From Anaerolineae bacterium (GTDB taxonomy: Bacteria > Chloroflexota > Anaerolineae > UBA1429), in the NCBI GenBank assembly GCA_963675785.1, contig OY776562.1, positions 2,144,001 to 2,208,000 of the forward strand: DNA of 64,000 nucleotides, in the 5' to 3' direction. Each line of letters starts with the position of its first letter. Position 1 is the stretch's first letter. This document shows, piece after piece, positions 48,801 through 56,937 of the stretch. Under the pieces are notes generated by a model. It was not told the origin of the DNA, did no database searches, and saw only the letters and a program-made list of their open reading frames with translations. Made by a program: the position numbers and the translations under genes.

Positions 48801-51697
48801 CCCAGTTCGCGCACTGTTGACCACTCTTGCTGGTTAAGCACCACCGTCAGAGATTGAGCTGCCAGGGTGTTGCCTTCGGAATCCAGCGCCACCAAATTGA
48901 CCGACTGACTTGCCCCAACCTGACCAACGTACTGTTCCGGATGGACACCGATGTACAGATCACTCTTGTGCACCACCACCGATGCCTGCTGGCTCACTTG
49001 TTGATTATTGATATCGGTAACAGTGGCTTCGAGCGAATAGGTCAGCGAATAGGGGTAATCGCTCGTATCTGCCGCCAGTTGGATGATCGCCGTGCCATTG
49101 TCGTCCGTCTCGGTGTTGCCTTCAGCGATGAGCTCGGACCCGGCATACCAGTAATCATCGTAATCTGTAAAAGACCAGTATTTGAAATCATCGGGGGGTA
49201 CAAAGGCATAGGGTGTAGCCAATACGTTCCAATCGACCTTGGCATTGGACACATCCCCGCCGAAAAAGTAGCTACTGAGCACAGCGGCACGAATGGTATC
49301 GCCATCTAAATAGCTGGAACGCGCCGGCTCCACCGAGACTTCGTATTCAGGCTTTTCGTATTCGGCCACCAGGAACGACTCGCTCGTCGAAGCAGCACCC
49401 ACCTCAACGTATACCGAGTAATAGCCAAGTGTGGCTTCGGCAGAAATGGTAAATTCACCATCCAGCGTGCCCCAATCCGATAATGTAACGCTCTGGCTGA
49501 TGAGCTGCCGTCCGTTGCTATCCAAAATGGTGACCTCGGCCTCTGTACCCGGCTCTGGTAGGCTGTAGAGACCGTCATCATCCCCTCGGATGATCGCCTT
49601 GTAGTAAACGGTCTGTTCAGGGCGATAGATATCGCGGTCAGTATAGACATAGCCGCGATAGTCCGTGGGGTACAAATCCGTGGTCAGATCATATTGCCAA
49701 GCAGTAATGCCATCATCCCAACTGGAAAGGTGCACCGTCGAGATACCGTCACGCTCGACCTGAATAACGAATGTATCCCAGGGGTCCTGCTCTTCAAAAC
49801 TAAACTCGGCCAGGCCGTCTGCGTCAGTCTCACCCTCGGATAAAACTGCACCATAATCATCATAGACCGTCAGCGTCGCAGCTTCGACCGGATCGCCCGT
49901 CATATAGTCGGTTACCCACACCAGCGCCTCACTATCGGTGTGCTTGAGCAGTACGTTCACATCGCTCACCACAACAATGTGCTTTTCCGTGCGCGCTGGC
50001 GCATCGGGAGAGGTTACCGTCATATAGTACAGGCCCGGGTCCAGCGTGCCGACATTTGCCAGAGGCGTTAATACGATGGTGTTGGTGTTCAAATCGCCAT
50101 CCACTGCCATGGACCAGGAGCGAATCAGGGCGTCGTCATCACCGGTATATCGCGACCAAGTTTGGTAACTGTTCGAGCCGGTCAGGTTGAGCAGATCGGC
50201 AACAGAAAGCCCGTACAGCTCGAAATCGAGTTCGCTGATATTCACAGTTTGCACCGGCACAATGGTATCGCCATAGGCATTGTACAAAGCCACGCTTTGC
50301 GGCACATCCAGACTAAAGCTGGGATCAAGCGGCCCAGTACTAAAGGAATACTCGGCAGCGCGCGTGAGGGCCTGACCATAAATGTCCTCGATATCCCGCG
50401 TCAAACGCACTGTATATTCTATCGAGGGGTCCATATCGGCCGAGACATAGACAATACGCTGGTTATCGCGCCAATAAGCATAGATATCCGCCTCGGGCTC
50501 GATGACAAAGCCATCGAGAAAAGTCTCCGAACTGATGGGGGCTGAAAAAGTGATTTCAATGCCGTCATAAATCGAGACGTCATCACCTTGGGCACTAAAG
50601 GCCACTACCTCGGGCAGCGGCGCTATGGAGAACCAGGCTTCGAGCGAGTCCACTGTCTCGGCGTTGCTATCCGCTGCAGGAATGCCCGCTGCCACCGTCA
50701 GGATGTAGCTGGTTCCACGCGTCAGCGCTTGGCGTGGTGTGAATTGCAGCGTGTTATCTGCCCAGACAAAGGTGCCATTAATGGGATTACCGCCGGCTGC
50801 AGGAATCAGCGAAAAGGCATCTTCAGCCGCGTCTTTATCCATGGCCTGCGAGAACTCGACGCTAATGGGCGAATCGGCTGCTAACGACGCTTCACCGTCC
50901 ATGGGTATAGAACTGACAATGTGCGGTAGTTCGGTTGCAAAGCTCCAACTGGTTTCGCTGCCAAGCTGCGCACCATCCAAAGAGGCCGTATCAGCAGCCA
51001 GGCTCACAAGGTACTCCTGGCCACCCACCAAAGGCTCGGAGGGTTCGAACATATACGTCGAAGTATTTACCCAGGTGCCCGTTCCCTCGACAGCAGGTGT
51101 AAAGGAGAGCGGATCGAACGCCTGTGTGCCCGCGATGGTTGTTAAGGGCACCACGGGGCGGTTGAACACCAGACGAATGCTGCTATCCACCGAGACATTT
51201 TCGCTATCAGGCGCTGGGAATATATCGGTCACCAGCAACTCGCCAATAACGGTCATTTCATGTACATAGGGTACCGTCAGGGTTAGACCATTGGCATCCT
51301 TGGCCGTCTCGGCAATGGTCAGTGTGAGTACGGCATCAGGTTCTAACGTTACTGAGGGAACATAAGAGAGCGTCCGTTCATCCGTCCAGGTCAACGTACC
51401 ATCGATCTCAGGCTCGAAAGTGAGTGCTGCTTCGACACTATCCGCATCCATAGCTGTATTGAAACGCACCGTAATGGCCTCGCCCACGGCCAGTTCATCG
51501 CCTGTTTCAGGTGAGAACGAGACCACGAAAGGAGCGACGGGCAGCCGTGTGGACGCCACGACAACAGTTGGTTGGGGTGTCTGTGTCCCCGAAGAAAGTG
51601 TGGGCACAGGGGTTATAGTTGATTCTTCCGATCCACAGGCAGACAGAGTGAGTGTGAGCAGTACAGCAATCAACACATACCAAACGCGTCTGTTCAT
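45851..51697 (-). CDS. Alpha-2-macroglobulin family lipoprotein with N-terminal Big_5/SbsA Ig-like repeats
   Basis: Lipobox LSAC; four Ig repeats (ITVRFNTAM, IRLVFNRPV, ISVEFSQAM, IEITFSAPI); TDRDIYRP; thioester YPYDCTEQ; EDPLPAG. Confidence 0.95.
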   Translation of the reverse strand: MNRRVWYVLIAVLLTLTLSACGSEESTITPVPTLSSGTQTPQPTVVVASTRLPVAPFVVSFSPETGDELAVGEAITVRFNTAMDADSVEAALTFEPEIDGTLTWTDERTLSYVPSVTLEPDAVLTLTIAETAKDANGLTLTVPYVHEMTVIGELLVTDIFPAPDSENVSVDSSIRLVFNRPVVPLTTIAGTQAFDPLSFTPAVEGTGTWVNTSTYMFEPSEPLVGGQEYLVSLAADTASLDGAQLGSETSWSFATELPHIVSSIPMDGEASLAADSPISVEFSQAMDKDAAEDAFSLIPAAGGNPINGTFVWADNTLQFTPRQALTRGTSYILTVAAGIPAADSNAETVDSLEAWFSIAPLPEVVAFSAQGDDVSIYDGIEITFSAPISSETFLDGFVIEPEADIYAYWRDNQRIVYVSADMDPSIEYTVRLTRDIEDIYGQALTRAAEYSFSTGPLDPSFSLDVPQSVALYNAYGDTIVPVQTVNISELDFELYGLSVADLLNLTGSNSYQTWSRYTGDDDALIRSWSMAVDGDLNTNTIVLTPLANVGTLDPGLYYMTVTSPDAPARTEKHIVVVSDVNVLLKHTDSEALVWVTDYMTGDPVEAATLTVYDDYGAVLSEGETDADGLAEFSFEEQDPWDTFVIQVERDGISTVHLSSWDDGITAWQYDLTTDLYPTDYRGYVYTDRDIYRPEQTVYYKAIIRGDDDGLYSLPEPGTEAEVTILDSNGRQLISQSVTLSDWGTLDGEFTISAEATLGYYSVYVEVGAASTSESFLVAEYEKPEYEVSVEPARSSYLDGDTIRAAVLSSYFFGGDVSNAKVDWNVLATPYAFVPPDDFKYWSFTDYDDYWYAGSELIAEGNTETDDNGTAIIQLAADTSDYPYSLTYSLEATVTDINNQQVSQQASVVVHKSDLYIGVHPEQYVGQVGASQSVNLVALDSEGNTLAAQSLTVVLNQQEWSTVRELGADGTYYWTSQEELTPVMTRTLTTGRTGQATALFTPTEAGSYKITATGVDAEGRSSNSANYLWVAGSTYVNWGRDNNDRIELVADRDSYEVGQSAHILVPSPYDEPVMALLTIERGSIIEYEMVEIDGSSDTLVIPIEDAYAPNVYVSLAMVKGMGDAESMPDFKLGYVELMVSSEQQALNIQLTSEEGAELQPGQEVTFDIEVTDYAGDPVQAELALSLVDRAVESLLENDDTTPFEAFYSERGLGVSTSSSWTVSVDRYVQDATDGSKGGGGGDGGGSYVREVFPDTAYWNATVETDEEGHATVSVVLPDSLTTWHLQANGVAGETLFGTANLNVVALLDLMISPSVPRFLVIGDEPVISAVVYNYTDGALTLDVNLEAVGLIYDDAAQQVEVAAGERVKIDWPAEVESVEEIEMIFSVEGTNLTDAAKVTLPVLHPSTAEFVGTSGTVDGQVVENIMLDETIDSSMGELLITLQPSLASAILDSLDYLESYPYDCTEQTVSRFLPNIVTFNALTSLGLDRPDLEAALPQQVGLGLQRLYNTQNMDGGWGWWSGESSDPQLTAYVLLGLSTAKDAGFVVDEWTQSSAVDYLDSWLASNTARTSAQKDTWAEVLYALDASGNGQLDRSIWLYDEHEGMSHYAKALLALTLNDIDEDATRTTELLNELVDAAILDASGVHWEEDEDSPWAMNTNTRSSAVVLLAIEQLDPENGFLPSAVRWLVSARESDYWSTTQENVWSILALTQHMLNTGELTASFTMSASVNGVERIKGEVSSDTIDQTAAVSIAIEDLNLDDVNQILLEKNGVGELYYSAFLHYYVPAEDIEALDRGIYVTRSYVLPDSDEPVTTATVNDTLLVKLTLVVPRDLHYLVIEDPLPAGCEALDPELDIVSQLVSSPSLTSESSWSDYWAWYNPLWASRVELRDDRVLLFADQLAAGTYEFVYAVQCATPGTYQALPATAYQMYAPDVFGRSDGAQLVIKGE

Positions 51698-54150
51698 TGT
51701 GAAATCCTTTCCCCGGTGCACGACTCGTTGACAGTGATGCTTATGCTGTCAGAATAGTCACCGCTGATTACTGAAAACACATGTTCACCTGGCACCAACT
51801 GCCAGAATGCTAAACAAGGTCGTGTCGTCCAACTGGCGATAGATTCACCATCGCAAAACAGCTCGACGAAGGAGCTTCCGTGGGCGTCCACCTGAACTTG
51901 AATGCGCTGAGTGGCAGGAGGTACGTCGCCGGATATACAATAAATTGCACCATTTGCTGGATAAGCAATCTTTAAGCCTGTCCCCTGCCTATCGGTTTCG
52001 TCCAGCTCGACCTGCAGGTTACTGACTAACCCTCGCTCTACCGCCCAAGCTTGCGCTTCTGCTGGCCAAATAGTGACGCGACGAGTGACGATACGCGATT
52101 CGGGCGTGGTATCATCCGCTAACAGCCCTGTGGCTGCATCTACCTCTACGAAACGATGCATATCACAGGTTGCAGTGGGCATATTCTCCGGCAAGAACAG
52201 CTCGGTGACGGTATGAGGGCAAGCCGCATTGGGCAACAATCCCGAATCTGGGCAAACCTCCACCTCGACCAGTGCAGTATCCGGTTCGAACGGTTCCGGG
52301 TCCTCGCTTTGTACCGTCAGCATGACATCGTGCCAGATGGGAGCAGCGCCATCGATGCCAGAAATATCATCCATAGGGCTGTTATCGGCATTGCCCACCC
52401 AAACGCCCACCACATAATCGCTGGTATAGCCCACAGTCCAGTTATCGTGAAAATCAGTCGTCGTGCCCGTCTTGACGGCAGCACCAAAGGGCGTCTCTAG
52501 AACGCTCGTCGAGCCAAAAGCCGGTTCCCGCGCCGCCGAATCAGAGAGCACATCGGTGATAAGGCTGGCCACTGCAGGTGAGACGGCCTGTTGCGGCGCA
52601 TATTCAGGGGCAGTATAGAGTTCGTTGCCCTCAACATCCAGCACACGCGCCACCGAAAAAGATTCGACGACTGTGCCGCCGCTGGCAAAGGCACCGTAAG
52701 CCTCGGTGAGATCGACCAGAGATACCTCGGCGCTACCCAGCGTGAGCGCTAGCCCCGCCTGCTGCGAACTTGCAAAATTATCGATTCCCAACCGATGCGC
52801 CATCTCCATCAGGGCGTCAATGCCTATCTGATCGAGTAATCGCACTGCAACTATATTATAAGAACATGCCAGTGCCGTTCGCAAGGGGGTAGGCCCATGA
52901 TAGACAAGATCGTAATTCCTAGGGCTATAGAGCGTGCCCTCAGCCGTCGTAAAGGTAACGGGCACATCGCAAATGACGCTAGCCGGAGAATAGCCCCGCT
53001 CAAAAGCCGCCGCATAGGTCAATGGCTTGATGGATGAACCCGTCTGGCGCAACGCCCGGGCCGCATTCACCGCCCCGGCAATGCTTTCATCAAAGTAATC
53101 GGGACTACCCACCAGGGCCAGAATCTCACCATCGGGTATACTGAGCACCACCACAGCGGCATTGTTCACATTATGCCCGGCAGACTCGGTGGTATTAGCA
53201 TTGAGCGCCGCTAGATAATAATCGACGATCTCTTCCACGCGAGTCTGTAAACTGGCATCCAGCGTCGTCTCGATGACCAAACCGCCCTGCTGTATCTCCT
53301 CGGGATAGAGCGCCGCTACTTTGCTCAAGACTTCTAGCGTGAAATGGGGTGCCGTGATCTTGTACCAATCGCTGGAAAAGTTGATTTCCTCATCAACGGC
53401 CGCCTGGACCTGCCCGCTGTCAATATAACCTGCCCCCTCCATCAGCCCCAGAACGACCTGCTGCCGCTCAAAAGCGGCCTCTGGGTACACATACGGGTCA
53501 TAACTGGTGGGCGCCTGAGCCAGGCCGGCGATGAGAGCACACTGGGCCAAATCGAGTTGGGAGACGGGACGATCAAAATAGCGCCAGGCGGCAACCTCGA
53601 CGCCATAAGCCATGTTGCCCAAATAAGTGGTGTTGAGATAGAGGGCGAGGATCTCGTCCTTTTCATAATGCTGAGAGAGTTTATAAGCCAGCAGAATCTC
53701 CCGGGCCTTGCGCAGTAGCGTCTGCTCCTGGCGCTCCTCGGCCTGCATTAGCAAGTTACGAGCCACCTGCTGGGTGATGGTGCTGCCACCAGAGACAATC
53801 TCGCCGCTACGTAAGTTGAGCCACAGGGCGCGCACCAGACCGCGCACATCAAAGCCGGGGTTGCTATAAAAGGAGGCATCTTCGGTAGCAATAGCAGCTT
53901 GCTCCAAATAATCGGGAATATCCTCCAGTGAAACCGGATCATAGGCCCCTGCATCCGCATCCATGGCATCATAAAGCAGTACACCGTTACGATCCACAAC
54001 TTGGCTAGATGGCGTCGGTGTGTAATCAAAGGGCGCCTCTATTGAGGGGAGGGAGAGCCATAAAATGAGCAATGCGACACAGCCCCCAGCCAACAAGATG
54101 GCCAGTGCTATGCCGCACCAACGCAAACAAGCTCGTACACGAGATGACAT
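51694..54150 (-). CDS. pbpC: Penicillin-binding protein 1C-like (transglycosylase/transpeptidase)
   Basis: ATED, GGSTITQQ, SSIK, SYN, KTGTT; overlaps the A2M start codon. Confidence 0.9.
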   Translation of the reverse strand: MSSRVRACLRWCGIALAILLAGGCVALLILWLSLPSIEAPFDYTPTPSSQVVDRNGVLLYDAMDADAGAYDPVSLEDIPDYLEQAAIATEDASFYSNPGFDVRGLVRALWLNLRSGEIVSGGSTITQQVARNLLMQAEERQEQTLLRKAREILLAYKLSQHYEKDEILALYLNTTYLGNMAYGVEVAAWRYFDRPVSQLDLAQCALIAGLAQAPTSYDPYVYPEAAFERQQVVLGLMEGAGYIDSGQVQAAVDEEINFSSDWYKITAPHFTLEVLSKVAALYPEEIQQGGLVIETTLDASLQTRVEEIVDYYLAALNANTTESAGHNVNNAAVVVLSIPDGEILALVGSPDYFDESIAGAVNAARALRQTGSSIKPLTYAAAFERGYSPASVICDVPVTFTTAEGTLYSPRNYDLVYHGPTPLRTALACSYNIVAVRLLDQIGIDALMEMAHRLGIDNFASSQQAGLALTLGSAEVSLVDLTEAYGAFASGGTVVESFSVARVLDVEGNELYTAPEYAPQQAVSPAVASLITDVLSDSAAREPAFGSTSVLETPFGAAVKTGTTTDFHDNWTVGYTSDYVVGVWVGNADNSPMDDISGIDGAAPIWHDVMLTVQSEDPEPFEPDTALVEVEVCPDSGLLPNAACPHTVTELFLPENMPTATCDMHRFVEVDAATGLLADDTTPESRIVTRRVTIWPAEAQAWAVERGLVSNLQVELDETDRQGTGLKIAYPANGAIYCISGDVPPATQRIQVQVDAHGSSFVELFCDGESIASWTTRPCLAFWQLVPGEHVFSVISGDYSDSISITVNESCTGERISQ

Positions 54151-54211
54151 ACCTGCATCCCTCTTTGCCCAACGTACTATTGAGACGTGAGCAGCTGGGG
54201 ACGTGTTCCGC

Positions 54212-55249
54212 TCAAGCGGTTCTGTTCAAAAGACTCTCCGCCAGATCACGTAAAGCGTCTATTGCCGAGTTATCGAGCTCCAAACTACCGAGGTGAGACA
54301 TGGTCAAGAACTGATGCTCAGCGGCAATTACCTCGGCATAGTCTCGGGCACCCAAATCCTCAAGCAGAGCCAGCACCTCGGGCACGCACAAACTGATATC
54401 TTCCTCGGCATAAATGCGCCGCAACGCCAGGCTGGCCGGCGCATCCTCTTGGTTGAGGGCATAGAGCACCGGCAATGTCTTTTTGCGAGTGATCACATCG
54501 CTGGCCACCGATTTACCGGTGACAGCCGGATCCCCCCAAATGCCCAGGATGTCGTCCACAATCTGAAAAGTAATGCCCAACTCTCGTCCAAAAGCGGCCA
54601 TCGCCTCAACCTGGTCGCTGGTGCCACCGCCCACGACGGCCCCACAAGCCAGGCTGGCTGAAAGCAGCGCTGCCGTCTTGCCATCAATCATGGCCATGTA
54701 ATCGTCAAGGGTCACGTCATCGCGTTCTTCAAAACCCATATCCAGGTGCTGCCCGGTACATAGTTTGAGGCAGGTCTCATCCAGCAAGCGCACTACAGCC
54801 AATGTCGCCCTGTTGGAAAGGCCGCGATCGGCCATACGATAGCAGCAGAGGCGCGACATGGTCCACATGGCATCGCCAGTGTTGATAGCCTGAGGTACGC
54901 CCCACAACTTCCAGACCGTTGGGCGGTGTCTGCGAGTCTCGCTGATATCTTGAATATCGTCGTGAATCAGTGAGAAATTATGGATCAGCTCAATAGCGCC
55001 CGCCGCAGGCAGAGCCGTCTTCCATTGCCCGGCTACGGCCTCACAGGATAAAAGACACATCGCCGGCCTTAGGCGCTTGCCGCGCGGCGCCTCCAGAGGG
55101 GCCAGGTTCTCGTCCAGCCAGCCCATATGATAGCGCATCATATCGAACATGAGCGCGGCATAGGCATCCGTCGTGTCGAGTACATCCTTCAATTCAGCCT
55201 CTATAGCCGTAAAGTAAGGAGCTAAATCAAGTTTCATTGGGATGTACAC
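54212..55249 (-). CDS. Short-chain polyprenyl diphosphate synthase (GGPPS-like)
   Basis: GKRLRP, HNFSLIHDDIQD, GQHLD, KT, FQIVDDILG. Confidence 0.93.
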   Translation of the reverse strand: MYIPMKLDLAPYFTAIEAELKDVLDTTDAYAALMFDMMRYHMGWLDENLAPLEAPRGKRLRPAMCLLSCEAVAGQWKTALPAAGAIELIHNFSLIHDDIQDISETRRHRPTVWKLWGVPQAINTGDAMWTMSRLCCYRMADRGLSNRATLAVVRLLDETCLKLCTGQHLDMGFEERDDVTLDDYMAMIDGKTAALLSASLACGAVVGGGTSDQVEAMAAFGRELGITFQIVDDILGIWGDPAVTGKSVASDVITRKKTLPVLYALNQEDAPASLALRRIYAEEDISLCVPEVLALLEDLGARDYAEVIAAEHQFLTMSHLGSLELDNSAIDALRDLAESLLNRTA

Positions 55250-56262
55250 CTCGTTTCAATCTTATCACGACCGAGATCCGCCACGACGGCCGAGCCCGTA
55301 CAAAACATGGCGATACGAAGCTGATCAATAATAATCATTAGCTGGTCGACCAGGACCTCAGTGCTAGTGCAGGCAGCGTCCAATAGCACACCAGCAAACC
55401 CCACCATACTGGCCCCCAGAGCCAACGCCTTGGCTGCCTCGACGCCGTTGGTCAGGCCACCACTGGCCAGCAAAGGCAGGCCGAGATCGGCCTGAAATAC
55501 TGCATCCAGCGCTTGCGCTGTAGAGACGCCCCAATCCTCAAAAGGAGCAGCCACCCGCCGCTGACGCTCGTCGCCGCGCAGGGCCTCGACTCGGCTCCAA
55601 CTAGTGCCACCAGCGCCGGCTATGTCCAACGCTGAAACCCCCGCATTGGCCAGACGACGAGCATCTTCTATAGCCAGTCCCCAGCCAACCTCTTTAACGA
55701 TAACGGGCACTTTCAGCCCCTGGCAAATCTCTTCAATGGCCTCAAGCAGGCCGCTGAAACGGGTATTTCCACCCGGCTGCAGTGCCTCTTGCAGACAGTT
55801 CAAATGGAGTATCAGGGCATCAGCCTCAATGCTCTCTACCGCCCGTCGACACTCGTTCAAGCCATAGCCATAGTTGAGCTGCACCGCTCCCAGATTGGCA
55901 TAGAGGACGATATCGGGGGCCACGTCACGCACCTGATAAGTCGCCATGAGCGTGGGATCATCGATACCAGCACGTTGCGAACCCACTCCCATAGCCAAAC
56001 CCAATGCCTGGGCAGCCTGGGCGAGGTTACGGTTGATACGTGCAGCTTCAGCAGTACCGCCCGTCATAGAGGAAATGAGCAATGGAGCATGGAGTGCCTT
56101 GCCTAGAAAACCGCAAGAGAGGTCAATGGATTCAAGATCGAGTTCGGGAAGTGCCGTGTTTTTCAACGCATAGCAAGAAAAGCCGGAGGGAACGCGCGAA
56201 CGCACGTCCTCATTCCGGCAAATCTCTAGATGCTCTGCCTTGCGCTTTTCGTGCAAAACCAA
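55234..56262 (-). CDS. fni: Type 2 isopentenyl-diphosphate isomerase
   Basis: RKAEHL, SMTGG, GVGSQR, HLNCLQE, KEVGWG, GAGGTSW. Confidence 0.96.
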   Translation of the reverse strand: MVLHEKRKAEHLEICRNEDVRSRVPSGFSCYALKNTALPELDLESIDLSCGFLGKALHAPLLISSMTGGTAEAARINRNLAQAAQALGLAMGVGSQRAGIDDPTLMATYQVRDVAPDIVLYANLGAVQLNYGYGLNECRRAVESIEADALILHLNCLQEALQPGGNTRFSGLLEAIEEICQGLKVPVIVKEVGWGLAIEDARRLANAGVSALDIAGAGGTSWSRVEALRGDERQRRVAAPFEDWGVSTAQALDAVFQADLGLPLLASGGLTNGVEAAKALALGASMVGFAGVLLDAACTSTEVLVDQLMIIIDQLRIAMFCTGSAVVADLGRDKIETRCTSQ

Positions 56263-56282
56263 CCTCTCTCCTGGGCGACAAG

Positions 56283-56311
56283 AGTGTAGCCTTCGCCCTA
56301 TTCGGTGTCAA
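56283..56311 (-). promoter_or_regulatory. Sigma70 promoter of fni operon
   Basis: TTGACA-17-TACACT. Confidence 0.7.
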
Positions 56312-56355
56312 AACAGAGCCGCATCAAACCACGAGGTCGCCGATGCCCCTCCGCT

Positions 56356-56784
56356 CTAGAAGGGGATCTCTTCCTCATCAATATCAGAAATAACATCGTC
56401 CGACGGCCCAGCATAATCAGCGCCAGAAGAGCTCGTGCCGCCACCATCCGCACGAGTGCCCCCAAGGAACACCACATGCGAGGCGCGCACCTCAAGGCTG
56501 GAACGATACTCACCATCCCGCCCCTGAAAGACGCGGGGCTCTTGCATCTCGCCCTCTACCAGAACCATGCGCCCTTTGCTGAGGTATTGGTTGCAGGGTT
56601 CAGCCTGACCACCCCACACATTGACGCGGAACCATACAGTGCGCGTCTCGCGCTGGCCGGTGTTGCGATCAGTCCATGAGCGGTCGGTGGCGACATTCAA
56701 CGAGGTAACCGCGGTTCCGGTGCTGGTGTAGCGCATTTGCGGGTCTTGCCCCAAACGGCCCACCAAGGTGATCTTTTGATACAT
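56356..56784 (-). CDS. ssb: Single-stranded DNA-binding protein
   Basis: LVGRLGQDP, WFRV, acidic EEEIPF tail. Confidence 0.97.
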   Translation of the reverse strand: MYQKITLVGRLGQDPQMRYTSTGTAVTSLNVATDRSWTDRNTGQRETRTVWFRVNVWGGQAEPCNQYLSKGRMVLVEGEMQEPRVFQGRDGEYRSSLEVRASHVVFLGGTRADGGGTSSSGADYAGPSDDVISDIDEEEIPF

Positions 56785-56835
56785 AAAAAGCCTCCCTGCA
56801 TCGTCGCATCATGCGTAAATAACCGGATTAAAAGG

Positions 56836-56864
56836 ATTATAACATCAGAGTGTCATCGATACAA
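56836..56864 (-). promoter_or_regulatory. Promoter of ssb
   Basis: TTGTAT-17-TATAAT with extended TG. Confidence 0.55.
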
Positions 56865-56937
56865 CGCCCATTGGCCGCCTGGTTGGTCTGCGCCCTGGTG
56901 CCGTGGTAAAATTATCGTAATCTATTCGAGGGATGCC

